Of a stretch of 64,000 nt of DNA, positions 1 through 9,489 are shown piece after piece (the first letter of the stretch is position 1; every line of letters starts with the position of its first letter). Source of the DNA: Candidatus Nanohaloarchaea archaeon (lineage in GTDB: Archaea; Nanohalarchaeota; Nanosalinia; Nanosalinales; Nanosalinaceae); the NCBI GenBank assembly GCA_041640035.1, contig JBEQBC010000001.1:128001-192000 (forward strand), given 5' to 3'. The notes under the pieces were generated by a model. It worked only from the letters and a program-made list of their open reading frames with translations, did no database searches and had not been told where the DNA came from. The translations under genes and the position numbers were made by a program.

Positions 1-229
1 AGAAGCCGAGGCCAACCAGTTCAAGGTTCCTGGCGATCTCTCCTCCGTAAAGATCTCTACCTCTGTAGATAGCTACAAGCGCTGCCAGAACTGCCAGTCC
101 GGAGGCAGCTGTTGCAGCAAGTATAATCATCACTATAGTCATCTGGCTCTGTATACCCATAGCGGCTAGGGCTGCAAACAGTGGTATCAGTGCGGCGCCT
201 GCGATTATCATCTGGTCAGTTCGTTCCAT
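1..229 (-). CDS. Membrane protein, partial (runs off left edge); paralog of the adjacent gene
   Basis: Manual translation from ATG at 229: MERTDQMIIAGAALIPLFAALAAMG...YRGRDLYGGEIARNLELVGLGF; hydrophobic; not in ORF track. Confidence 0.8.
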   Translation of the reverse strand, partial: MERTDQMIIAGAALIPLFAALAAMGIQSQMTIVMIILAATAASGLAVLAALVAIYRGRDLYGGEIARNLELVGLGF

Positions 230-231
230 AT

Positions 232-657
232 TCATTCTTCATCACCTACTTCTTGTGTTCCGAGTTTCCAGAAAAGGTAGAATCCGTAGGTTGTCACGAT
301 AAACATTCCTAGGATTCCCAGGCTGAGCAGAGTTGACCAGAAAGCTGGTGTTACGCCCCATGAAGGGAAACCGGCCGCGAAGTAGTTAGCCCATGCTAGC
401 CATAGAATTCCCAAGGCGCCTACTCCAGTGCCTATCACTTCTAGGTTTCTTCCTACCTGTCCGCCGTACCTGTCTCTTCCTAGGTAAACCATTACAAGTC
501 CGAACAGTAGGACAGGTCCGGGAAGGTAGAATGTCGCATCATGGATGCTTAGAAGCGTGCTTCCCTGAAAGTACTCCATCAGGAAACCTGAGAGAACAGA
601 GATTACTAAACTCGCAAATACTACATAGTAATCCTTTCTCTCAAGGTGTAATGACAT
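232..657 (-). CDS. 4-TM membrane protein of unknown function
   Basis: Four hydrophobic segments; motif GRDRYGGQVGRNLEVIG shared with the downstream gene. Confidence 0.8.
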   Translation of the reverse strand: MSLHLERKDYYVVFASLVISVLSGFLMEYFQGSTLLSIHDATFYLPGPVLLFGLVMVYLGRDRYGGQVGRNLEVIGTGVGALGILWLAWANYFAAGFPSWGVTPAFWSTLLSLGILGMFIVTTYGFYLFWKLGTQEVGDEE

Positions 658-799
658 AACTAGTTAACAAGCCGAAATTCTTAGATATAAAATTTAATCG
701 AAAAAAAAAGGGTTCAGACCATCCAGAATCGCTGGAACAGCAAACCCTAATAAAGATTACAGTGGATAAAATACTCTGTAAGTCACTTAGTGTTTTTAG

Positions 800-873
800 C
801 CCGGCTTAGCTCAGGCTGGCAGAGCGGTCGACTGTAGATCGACTTGTCCCAGGTTCAAATCCTGGAGCCGGGA
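800..873 (+). tRNA. tRNA-Tyr(GUA), intronless
   Basis: Acceptor CCCGGCT/AGCCGGG with archaeal C1-G72 and A73; anticodon arm GTCGA-CTGTAGA-TCGAC; T arm CCAGG-TTCAAAT-CCTGG. Confidence 0.97.
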
Positions 874-906
874 CTACCTTCAATCTCAAGTTTTCTGTAA
901 ACAAGA

Positions 907-1665
907 TTAGTCGTAGAAAACTTCCTGAAGCAGCTTATCTACATCCATATACTCCTCAAGAACATTTCTTCTCTCCTGTGCAGTAGCCAGAGTACTTTCA
1001 AAAGACTCCTCGGTATCCTGGATACTATGATCTATGAAACAGTTCAGTGTACGCTTATCACGACTGGAAAGATTCTTGCCGTACTTCTCCGCAGCTCTAC
1101 CACCAAGAATCAATCCAGGTTCATCTCTACCTATCATCCGAAGTAACTTTTTCCTCCACTCAGATTTCTGCTTGTAGATGAATGAGTCTATATCTCTTTC
1201 AGGGTAGTTCAGGAATTCTCCGAACCTGCGGTGATACTCATCACTCATACCCTTCCGGAAAGAAACTATCTTCTCAACTTCCTCCAAACTTGATTCACTG
1301 TGATCCAAGAAAATGTTACAGATTATTGATGCCTCGGTGAACTTCTCCATCTCGGACTTCGCGTCCTCATCATTTATCATTGATGAAATGCTGTGAACAG
1401 TAGATTCCTCTCTTTCAAGACTGTGATCGATGTAGCAATTGACTCCGTACCTGTTCACCAGTTCAGTAAAACTTTCAAGTTTTTCTCTATTATCGAAGTA
1501 TCCTTCTAGCTGCACGGAATCTCTGGCACCGGTCAACGCCAAGATCACGAGGAACTGATCACTCAAGATGATGGAATCTGAAAAGTTCTCACGGAAACCT
1601 TCGAGCACTTCCTCCGAAGGCTTCTCTTTCTGCTTTGAAATGTACTCTTCCACTTCCTCCGTCAT
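907..1665 (-). CDS. Hypothetical protein
   Basis: 252-aa acidic ORF, no recognised motif. Confidence 0.75.
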   Translation of the reverse strand: MTEEVEEYISKQKEKPSEEVLEGFRENFSDSIILSDQFLVILALTGARDSVQLEGYFDNREKLESFTELVNRYGVNCYIDHSLEREESTVHSISSMINDEDAKSEMEKFTEASIICNIFLDHSESSLEEVEKIVSFRKGMSDEYHRRFGEFLNYPERDIDSFIYKQKSEWRKKLLRMIGRDEPGLILGGRAAEKYGKNLSSRDKRTLNCFIDHSIQDTEESFESTLATAQERRNVLEEYMDVDKLLQEVFYD

Positions 1666-1708
1666 CTCAAATACATATCAGGTCTCACAGTGTTTAAAGA
1701 CAGGTAAT

Positions 1709-2758
1709 TCAGAGATCCTGTCTCAGGAACACTCCGTAAGCAGCGGTCAGCACCATGAACAACTGGCTTACTAGATAGATCAGGTATCCGATCGAGGATG
1801 AAAAGCTTTCGGCGAATGTCGGCTCCAATCCTTCTTCACTTGACTCATAGCTGGTACCAGACATGGCGCCAACGAAGTTGCTGTAGCTTGTTGCAGGTGA
1901 GATACGGGACACTGTGGAACGGAACTGCTCCCGCTTTGCCTCAACCTCCGCTCTCTGTTCCTCATAGCTCGGACCGCTACCACCGCCCATGCCAGGTTCT
2001 ACGGTAACTTCATCTGTACCTTCTGAGGAAACTCTAGCACCGCTTGATACACCTCTTTGTGGTCCGGGTAGTGGTTCTGGTCCGCCCTGACTGTTCTCAG
2101 GGTTGAACTTGTATATCTGGTTTGCTGCGATACCGGCTATGAAAGGCGTCCCTATGAAAGCGACCAGCAGGATTGCACCGACTCCCAGCGCTCTCCAACG
2201 GGATTTAAATAGTGTTGAAAGCAGGGTTCCAAGCGCCAGGAAGAATGTGATATATATCACGGTTCCCAGCCATATCATGGCTAGTCTTGAAATTGTTTCC
2301 AGTCCCGGTATTATCCCCAGCATGTAAACTGCCAGTCCTGAGGATATGCTGAAAGCCGTAAGTATCGATACCGCTACTGTGAAGGTTCCTGCAATCAGCT
2401 TACCGTTAATTATCTCATCTCTGTATACAGGGTAGGAAAGCAAGAGTTCTATGGTTCCTTCCTCTCGTTCACCTGAGATATAGTCGTAGCTAAGCAGCAG
2501 TCCAAGTATTCCGGCTGTCAGAGGCATGTTGAAGCTGAATAATGGTATGAATACATCGATAAGCCCAGGTTTTTCTGGTGCCGGTCCGTAACTGCTTCCT
2601 CCTCCGGCATATCTCTCCATCTGTGTCTGATAGCTTTGAATTCCTATGTAAACCGAGGCCAAGGATAGAACTATGAAAAGTCCAAGAACCATGAGGAACC
2701 GTCTGCTGGAGAATATATCTCGCATCTCCTTTCTTGCTATATCCCATTTATCTCCCAT
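1709..2758 (-). CDS. ABC-2 type (NosY-like) permease
   Basis: IARKEMRD N-terminus, ISGEREEGTIELLLSYPVYRDEI motif, multiple TMs, C-terminal FLRQDL. Confidence 0.9.
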   Translation of the reverse strand: MGDKWDIARKEMRDIFSSRRFLMVLGLFIVLSLASVYIGIQSYQTQMERYAGGGSSYGPAPEKPGLIDVFIPLFSFNMPLTAGILGLLLSYDYISGEREEGTIELLLSYPVYRDEIINGKLIAGTFTVAVSILTAFSISSGLAVYMLGIIPGLETISRLAMIWLGTVIYITFFLALGTLLSTLFKSRWRALGVGAILLVAFIGTPFIAGIAANQIYKFNPENSQGGPEPLPGPQRGVSSGARVSSEGTDEVTVEPGMGGGSGPSYEEQRAEVEAKREQFRSTVSRISPATSYSNFVGAMSGTSYESSEEGLEPTFAESFSSSIGYLIYLVSQLFMVLTAAYGVFLRQDL

Positions 2759-2761
2759 TGC

Positions 2762-3655
2762 TTAGGCACCTCCTGTCAGTTCCAGATAAGTTGATTCAAG
2801 AGTTGACTCACTTAGATCAAAGCTTTTGATATCAGCATCATCCTCAACTAGCTCTTCAAGTATCTTAGAACGGTCCAGATCAGATCTTACTCTGAAACTA
2901 TCTCCCGATCTCTCGAAATCAGTATCTAGCTGTTTAAGTGTTTTTTCGGCTGCATCAGGGTTACCTGCCTCTATCTCGATGTGTATACCGGTTCCTGCCT
3001 GTTTCCCAAGCTCTTCTTTCGTTCCTGAGACCTCAATTACTCCTCCGGTCAGTATTCCGAAGCGGTCACACAGGTCTGATATTTCTCCGGTTATATGTGA
3101 TGATATTATGACTGTCATGTTCTCCTCTCGGTTGATTTTCTCCACATGTCGCCTGAACTTGTTCTTTCCTTCAGGGTCCAGACCGGTGGTAGGTTCATCG
3201 TATATAGCGATCTTCGGCTCCTTGATTAGTGACTGAGCGATTCCCAGTCTCTTCTTCATACCGGTTGAGAACTTCCCGACCTTTCTATCTGCGTCGTCCT
3301 GAAGATCTACCAGTTCAAGTAAACTGTCTATATCAGGTTCTTTATCCGCCAGTTCAGAGAAGTATTCCAGGTTTTCCCGTGCAGTTTTTCCGTCGTAGAA
3401 GCTGATATCGGAGGGAAGGTAGCCTATCTCTCTTTTGATCTCTTTTCCTTGGTCATGGTCCTTTCCATCTATACGGATTGTTCCTGCGTCCGGTTTCAGA
3501 AGCCCGAGAATGGTCTGGAACAGAGTGGTTTTTCCTGCTCCGTTCGGACCGAGGATACCGTATATCTCACCTTCCTCGACCTTCAGGTCAACTCCTTTCA
3601 ATACTTCATGGCTTCCGTAGCTTTTCTTGACACCTTCAAGTTCCATCATCGGCAT
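2762..3655 (-). CDS. ABC transporter ATP-binding protein
   Basis: Walker A GPNGAGKTT, signature FSTGMKKR, Walker B IYDEPTTGLD, SSH. Confidence 0.95.
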   Translation of the reverse strand: MPMMELEGVKKSYGSHEVLKGVDLKVEEGEIYGILGPNGAGKTTLFQTILGLLKPDAGTIRIDGKDHDQGKEIKREIGYLPSDISFYDGKTARENLEYFSELADKEPDIDSLLELVDLQDDADRKVGKFSTGMKKRLGIAQSLIKEPKIAIYDEPTTGLDPEGKNKFRRHVEKINREENMTVIISSHITGEISDLCDRFGILTGGVIEVSGTKEELGKQAGTGIHIEIEAGNPDAAEKTLKQLDTDFERSGDSFRVRSDLDRSKILEELVEDDADIKSFDLSESTLESTYLELTGGA

Positions 3656-3661
3656 CGGGAA

Positions 3662-4774
3662 TCACCTCCTGCCGAACCTCCAGTAAACCAGAATCAAGGC
3701 TAGCAGGCTGACCACCATCAGTACGATTCCGATGTACCGCAGACCACTTTTCTCCGAAATATTGACTCTGATCTGCTGCGGTTCATCCAGCCCTACCTGA
3801 TCGCTTGAAGCACTTACATCCACGAAGAAGTCTCCCTGCTGTGCATCACTCGGCGGTGTAATGGTCAATGTAGTTCTACCTGAACGGTACTGGTCCAGGG
3901 TTCCGTGGTTTTTCGGTGTAAGCTCTGTTTCCCATCCTTCAGGGCCTTCGACACTTATCTCTACATTCTCAAGCACAACCCTTCCACTGTTCCGAACTGT
4001 TACAGGTACGGATAGTTCTTCACCAGGGTTGGTCCGTGCGTACTGTTCATTGAGACTTAGATCAATCCGTGGCTCCCCTCTTTCCTGTGACTCTTTTTCA
4101 AGAACTGAGAGAAGAACTTTATCTGAGGCTGTACTCCTGTTTTCAGCCAGTACTTCTACCTCTCTGAGTCCGATAGAAGTGTTTTCAGCTACATTCAGTT
4201 CAACATTAAGGTTTCTGGATTCGCCATACGGTACGAATACCTGTGAAACATTGTAGCCCTGGTATGTGAAGCTTGAGCTGATTCCTTCGCCCGTATTTGA
4301 GAGCTGGAAGGTCTGATTGACTACTCCTGTATTTTCGATTTCCACACCGAAACTTACGCTTCCTCCCTGGTCGACAAGCACTCTCTGAGGGTTGTCTGCT
4401 TTAAGTGATGCGTCTGAGAATATATCGCTGTCGGCTTCCGCCTGGATACGGATGTACTCTCCTCTGTAACTGTTTGAGTATTCTGTTATACTGTAGGAAA
4501 GGTTTTCATCAAGTCTGTATGTTTCTCCTGTAGTGTTTTCGATTTCCTCTCCGATCAACTGTTTGGTTATCAGTGTGCCGCCGTTCTGTTTGACAACTCC
4601 AGTCTGGAATATTCCTTTGTTGTTATCTCCTTCATAGAACCTGAATTCGTAGCCACCCAGCTGTATCTGGTTACCTGCATCAAGTTTGAAACTTTGACTA
4701 TAATTTTCCGAGGCCTGTACAGCACCAGTGAAAACCGTTAAGATTACGAAAAAAACCGCAAGTCGTTTTATCAT
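3662..4774 (-). CDS. Secreted, membrane-anchored NEW3/COG1470-like Ig-fold protein
   Basis: Signal peptide; two V.N.G...P.GW type repeats; C-terminal TM plus RFGRR; typical partner of this ABC pair. Confidence 0.8.
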   Translation of the reverse strand: MIKRLAVFFVILTVFTGAVQASENYSQSFKLDAGNQIQLGGYEFRFYEGDNNKGIFQTGVVKQNGGTLITKQLIGEEIENTTGETYRLDENLSYSITEYSNSYRGEYIRIQAEADSDIFSDASLKADNPQRVLVDQGGSVSFGVEIENTGVVNQTFQLSNTGEGISSSFTYQGYNVSQVFVPYGESRNLNVELNVAENTSIGLREVEVLAENRSTASDKVLLSVLEKESQERGEPRIDLSLNEQYARTNPGEELSVPVTVRNSGRVVLENVEISVEGPEGWETELTPKNHGTLDQYRSGRTTLTITPPSDAQQGDFFVDVSASSDQVGLDEPQQIRVNISEKSGLRYIGIVLMVVSLLALILVYWRFGRR

Positions 4775-4894
4775 ATGTAGGAAATCACTGATGATGATTT
4801 AAAAATGATTATAAGCTGTTCGAAAAAATACGAACCAACCCTTCTGAATCAGTTTGAAATGAAATAAAACCGTTGCCATACCACAATTCTAAAT

Positions 4895-5461
4895 ATGGAT
4901 TTCAAAAACCGCTACCAGGACTTCTTTGAGGAACTTAACAAAGAATACATGGATGAGGAAAGATTTGTTCCAGCTGTAGGACCTGAAGATGCTGAATACA
5001 TGCTCATAGGAGAAGCACCAGGAGCTAACGAAGTCGAGGAAGGAGAACCTTTCGTAGGAAGAGCAGGAGAAAAGATGAATGATATACTCGATGATATCGA
5101 TATGCAGCGATCCGACCTCTACATAACCAACCTGGTAAAGATCAGGCCGCCAGACAACAGAGATCCAAAGAAAGACGAGATTGAAGCCTGGGCACCGCTA
5201 CTTGAGAAAGAAATCGAGAAGGTGGAACCGGACATCATAATTACATTAGGTAACTTCCCGAGCAAATACATGCTGGATACATCTAAAGGAATCAGCAAGA
5301 TACACGGACGAACATTCACTAGGGAAGGTCAGAAGATCATGCCGGTGTACCATCCTGCTGCAACACTTTACGATAGATCCAAAACACCAGAACTTGAGAA
5401 AGACCTGCGGAAAGCGTTTGGTAAGGAGGATACAGGTCAGAGAAAATTAGGTAACTTCTAA
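4895..5461 (+). CDS. udg: Uracil-DNA glycosylase, family 4
   Basis: GEAPGANE, PFVGRAG, RPPDNRDP and YHPAA motifs; C-terminal QRKLGNF. Confidence 0.92.
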   Translation: MDFKNRYQDFFEELNKEYMDEERFVPAVGPEDAEYMLIGEAPGANEVEEGEPFVGRAGEKMNDILDDIDMQRSDLYITNLVKIRPPDNRDPKKDEIEAWAPLLEKEIEKVEPDIIITLGNFPSKYMLDTSKGISKIHGRTFTREGQKIMPVYHPAATLYDRSKTPELEKDLRKAFGKEDTGQRKLGNF

Positions 5462-5467
5462 AAGAAA

Positions 5468-6337
5468 ATGAAACGATACAAACCGATAATCGACAACTGG
5501 GAGAAATTCAAGAAGTACGGTGATAAGCATCAGCAGCCAGCAGTCAGGAAAAACCCGTTGAAAGCAGGAGAAGATTTTGAAGAAAAACTCGGGAAACACT
5601 TCGAATTCGAACAGACCGACTGGAACCAGAATGTCTACCGTGTAGATACGGAGAAACCTGGAAAATCACGGCTCCAGTGGAGAGGCGACTACTATGTACA
5701 GGAAGAATCAGCAGCACTACCTGTAGACATCTTGGATCCTCAGCCCGGTGAAACCGTACTTGACATGTGTTCGGCGCCCGGCGGTAAAACCACGCAGATG
5801 GCAGCAAAGACAGACAACGCCGCGGAGATAATAGCGAATGATGATTCCCGGAACAGGATACAGAGCCTTCAGATGAACCTTTACAGAACAGGGTCCGCAG
5901 CCGTCACAGTCACCAACTATGATGGAAGACACCTTCCCGAGGACAGAAAATACGACAGGATACTTCTAGACGCGCCATGTACAGGAGAAGGCGACCGTTA
6001 CAGGAAAACATTCGAATCAGCGAACGAAGGAGAGATCGCGGAACTAAGCCAGCTCCAGAAAGAACTCATAGAAAAAGCAGCCAAACTACTGAAAGACGAA
6101 GGAGCACTTGTATACAGCACCTGCACCATAAACCCGGCTGAAAACGAAGAAGTCGTCAAACACGCCATCCAAAACACGGAACTAAGTACTGAATCAATAG
6201 AATCGGATATAGAGCATGTAAGAGGGGTTGAAAGCTTTGAAGAAAATGAATATGGCGATGAGATGAAGGATACTGTTCGTGTATATCCTCATCATTTCAA
6301 TTCAGGGGTGATATTCGTTGCCAAACTCACAAAATGA
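5468..6337 (+). CDS. RsmB/NOP2-family RNA cytosine-5 methyltransferase
   Basis: DMCSAPGGKT, LLDAPCTGEG and YSTCT motifs. Confidence 0.93.
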   Translation: MKRYKPIIDNWEKFKKYGDKHQQPAVRKNPLKAGEDFEEKLGKHFEFEQTDWNQNVYRVDTEKPGKSRLQWRGDYYVQEESAALPVDILDPQPGETVLDMCSAPGGKTTQMAAKTDNAAEIIANDDSRNRIQSLQMNLYRTGSAAVTVTNYDGRHLPEDRKYDRILLDAPCTGEGDRYRKTFESANEGEIAELSQLQKELIEKAAKLLKDEGALVYSTCTINPAENEEVVKHAIQNTELSTESIESDIEHVRGVESFEENEYGDEMKDTVRVYPHHFNSGVIFVAKLTK

Positions 6338-6749
6338 AGCATACGAATATCTGGAGGAAAGGTTTGGTGTCACCAGAGAAGACTTGGAGCCGCTAGAACT
6401 CCGGAAGATCAATGGAGACTTCTGGCTGGCACCTGAAGAAAACGATCTTCAGGCAGAAACCGCTGGTATAAGGGCTTTGAGATCCAGTGAGAGAGGTTTC
6501 AAACCCACGACCTACTTTCTTCAACTACTTGGTGACAGGATATCCAAAAATGCGGTAGAGCTTTCAGATGAAGAGTACAGTACTATTCTGGACCGTGAAA
6601 TGATTGAGAAGACAGGTCTAGAGAAAGGCTATGTCGCATTGATCTATGAAGGAGATGTTATCGGATGCGGTTTCTTCAAGAACGAACTGGTGTCTACACG
6701 GATCTCGAAGGCCCGTACCAAGCACTTGGTTGATATTCTAGATATGTGA
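6318..6749 (+). CDS. PUA-like (RsmF C-terminal/NIP7-type) partner of the m5C methyltransferase
   Basis: Coupled to the methyltransferase; KPTTYFLQ and GYVAL...IGCG pattern; TTG start uncertain. Confidence 0.7.
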   Translation: MPNSQNEAYEYLEERFGVTREDLEPLELRKINGDFWLAPEENDLQAETAGIRALRSSERGFKPTTYFLQLLGDRISKNAVELSDEEYSTILDREMIEKTGLEKGYVALIYEGDVIGCGFFKNELVSTRISKARTKHLVDILDM

Positions 6750-6986
6750 ACTGCTACCCGTCAAACGATCGTAGATTAACTCCAGTGCGTAGATCGCGAT
6801 CAGAAATACGGATAACTGAAGTGCAAGCACATTCTGATCCGCTGCCAGTGTGAAAACATCGCTTTTGTTATAGCCCAGGTTGTTGTAGAGAACGAAACTG
6901 ACATAACTCAGTACAATCACTGTGAGAAGATCAATAAGTGTTGATTTCTCAAGTTTCTCTCCCAGAGAGTTCCCTACACCGGACAT
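6738..6986 (-). CDS. Small 2-TM membrane protein
   Basis: 82 aa, two hydrophobic segments. Confidence 0.6.
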   Translation of the reverse strand: MSGVGNSLGEKLEKSTLIDLLTVIVLSYVSFVLYNNLGYNKSDVFTLAADQNVLALQLSVFLIAIYALELIYDRLTGSSSHI

Positions 6987-7062
6987 AACTAACCATTAGA
7001 CCTCAAATGAAATAAAAAATACGGGTGACAGAAACGGACCCCAAAATCTGAGCACATTTAGG

Positions 7063-7070
7063 TATATAAA
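7063..7070 (+). promoter_or_regulatory. TATA box of the 5S rRNA gene
   Basis: TATATAAA about 25 nt upstream of the 5S 5' end. Confidence 0.7.
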
Positions 7071-7094
7071 ATTTACACCCATTCTTTGTGTATA

Positions 7095-7207
7095 CTGGCG
7101 GCCAGAGCGAGGGGGCAACACCCGTACCCATTCCGAACACGGAAGTAAAGTCCCTCAGCGATCTGGTCAGTACTGCCTTTTGGCGGGAGACCCAGGACGC
7201 TGCCAGA
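7095..7207 (+). rRNA. rrf: 5S rRNA (stand-alone)
   Basis: Terminal helix CTGGCGGC/GCTGCCAG; conserved ACACCCGTACCCATTCCGAACACGGAAGTAAAG; AGTA loop E; T-rich tract follows. Confidence 0.96.
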
Positions 7208-7313
7208 CTATTTTTCCCTTTCGTTTTCAACTTCTGCAGATTACTTTGAATTACAGAGTACATTTTTAGACTTGAATAATAGAAAGAAAATGAAGTAGGA
7301 GCTCCAGCCTTGT

Positions 7314-8279
7314 TTACAGCTGGGTGTGTTCTCCGAGAACTGCGTCGTTAAGCTCTGTGTTCGAGATCTCTACATCTCTATCGACTATGGAGCTTCTGAC
7401 CTCTGAGTCCTCGATATGGGCGTTCGGGAAGACGATAGTGTTCTCCAGACGGGAATCTTTCACTGTAGCTCCTTCCATAACTACTACATTGTCTCCGATA
7501 CGAGAGTCCTCGACTTCTCCCTTGATCAGGCTGTCACCGAGCAGTGTTCCGGTGGAACCTAGGTAGCCTTCTACTGTTCCGATATCGAACCAGTCTCCTT
7601 CAAAGCTGTAGGCGTACATCGGTGTCTTCTTGTGAGCCCACTCGATCAGCCGTCCTGGCTCATCCAGGTACTGATCCGCAGTTACATCCGTCTGCTTGAA
7701 ATGCTCCTCATACTCATCAAACAGGGATAGCTGGTCCTGCGGGAAGAAGTAGCATGCCGTGGAAGCTAGTGTGCTTGGCGGCTCATCCGGCTTCTCCTTG
7801 AATCCTGTGATCTTGGTATCCTCAGTATCCACGATACCAAATCCTGTTGCCTTGGCCTTAGTTCCTACATCGTAAACCACATTTGCAGGCGCGTCCTTCT
7901 CCTGAGCGAACCGTACGAATTCGTCGATATCGAAGCTGTAGTAGTTGTCTCCTCCTACTACCAGTAAGTCGTCGTTCAGGTTTTCGGTTTCGATTAGGTT
8001 GATTATCGCTCCGATAGTACCGGGTTTTTCTTCCTCACTGTCCTGATTCTCGACTACTACACGGGCGCTATGGCGGTCGTATTCCTGTATATAGTTTTCG
8101 AAGTCGTCTGCGAATTTCTCGTTTGTTGAGATTATGATTTCGTCTACTTCTTCGGTCATTCCTTCTATAATGTACTCTATGATCGGTTTCTCGCCGAGCG
8201 GAAGAAGAGGTTTAGCACGATTTTTGGTGATAGGCCAGAGACGGGTGGCATGTCCTCCTGCAAGTATAATCGCTTTCAT
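7314..8279 (-). CDS. Sugar-phosphate nucleotidyltransferase (NDP-sugar synthase)
   Basis: MKAIILAGGHATRLWPIT..RAKPLLP, WFDIGT, hexapeptide C-terminus; start moved to MKAII. Confidence 0.92.
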   Translation of the reverse strand: MKAIILAGGHATRLWPITKNRAKPLLPLGEKPIIEYIIEGMTEEVDEIIISTNEKFADDFENYIQEYDRHSARVVVENQDSEEEKPGTIGAIINLIETENLNDDLLVVGGDNYYSFDIDEFVRFAQEKDAPANVVYDVGTKAKATGFGIVDTEDTKITGFKEKPDEPPSTLASTACYFFPQDQLSLFDEYEEHFKQTDVTADQYLDEPGRLIEWAHKKTPMYAYSFEGDWFDIGTVEGYLGSTGTLLGDSLIKGEVEDSRIGDNVVVMEGATVKDSRLENTIVFPNAHIEDSEVRSSIVDRDVEISNTELNDAVLGEHTQL

Positions 8280-8407
8280 TGATACCAGATAATACAAAGT
8301 AATACTTCGGATTTTATATTGATTTTCAACCTGTCTTACTCAGCCAGTCAAGTCCTTCGGCAACTCCGTTTGATATAAGACAGTTCAAACACTAGATTTA
8401 GGTAGAG

Positions 8408-9487
8408 ATGGGTACAGTTCTGCATGTTGATATGGACGCGTTCTACGCATCGGTAGAGGCAGAGAGAAGAGATATCGAAGACGAACCGATAGTCGTATGT
8501 GTCTACTCGGGAAGAACCGAGGATTCAGGAGCAGTATCAACCTGTAGCTATGATGCAAGGGAACTCGGTATCCATGCCGCGATGCCGATAGTTGAGGCTA
8601 AGAGAATAGCGGAGCAATCCGGAAAAAATGTGCATTTCGTAGGTATGGACAAAGAGTTCTACGACCAGTTCTCCGACGATATAAGAGAAAACATACTAGA
8701 AGAACATACCGATACCATCGAGAAAGCATCGATCGACGAATTCTACCTGGAACTGGAAACTGACGACTTCAAACAGGCAGAGAAAACTGCGGAAACCATA
8801 CAGGAGAAAGTTAACTCGGAGTTCGGAGTAACCTGCTCTATCGGCGTAGCGCCCAACAAGCTTGTAGCCAAGATTGCTTCAGACCAGGACAAACCGGAAG
8901 GGATTACAGTGGTAGAATCTGAAGAGGTCAGAGGTTTCATGGAGACCTTGGAGATAGGTGATATTCATGGTATCGGCGATAAAACGGTTCAGAAACTGGA
9001 GGAACTCGGGATAGAAACGGTTGAGGAGCTGGCGGATTCAGACGCATCAGCTTTGGTCCGTGAGTTCGGAGAAAAGCAAGGTTTGGAGCTGCAGAAGAAG
9101 GCTAAAGGCATCGATGAAAGCGAGGTAGAGGACTCGATGCAGAAACAGATAACACGGATTACCACACTGGATCAAAACAGCAGAAGCTTCAACCATATCA
9201 GAAAAGTATTCCCAGAACTCGCATCAGATCTCCAGGAAAAAACCGAGAAGCTGAATGTAGACTTTCAGTCGGTCGTGCTTATAGCTATAGATACTGATAT
9301 GCAGATGCATACTCGTGCAAACAGTTTGAAGACACCGGTTAGAGATCAGCAGATAATCATAGATGAAGGGGAAGAACTACTACAGGACTTCTTGGAGAAT
9401 TTCGATGGTATGATACGCAGAGTAGGTTTAAGAGTCAAGAACTTGAAGGAGAGGAAAGGTCAGAAATCATTTACAGACTTCACATAG
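8408..9487 (+). CDS. dinB: Y-family DNA polymerase IV
   Basis: LHVDMDAFYASVE, SIDE, NKLVAKIASD.DKP.G; C-terminal QKSFTDF. Confidence 0.95.
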   Translation: MGTVLHVDMDAFYASVEAERRDIEDEPIVVCVYSGRTEDSGAVSTCSYDARELGIHAAMPIVEAKRIAEQSGKNVHFVGMDKEFYDQFSDDIRENILEEHTDTIEKASIDEFYLELETDDFKQAEKTAETIQEKVNSEFGVTCSIGVAPNKLVAKIASDQDKPEGITVVESEEVRGFMETLEIGDIHGIGDKTVQKLEELGIETVEELADSDASALVREFGEKQGLELQKKAKGIDESEVEDSMQKQITRITTLDQNSRSFNHIRKVFPELASDLQEKTEKLNVDFQSVVLIAIDTDMQMHTRANSLKTPVRDQQIIIDEGEELLQDFLENFDGMIRRVGLRVKNLKERKGQKSFTDFT

Positions 9488-9489
9488 CT

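Noticed and set aside
7003-7263. 86-aa minus-strand ORF
   Set aside because: Antisense shadow of the 5S rRNA gene
8331-8384. CTGTCTTA/TAAGACAG inverted repeat upstream of dinB
   Set aside because: 8 bp with a long spacer; no second copy noticed at other repair genes
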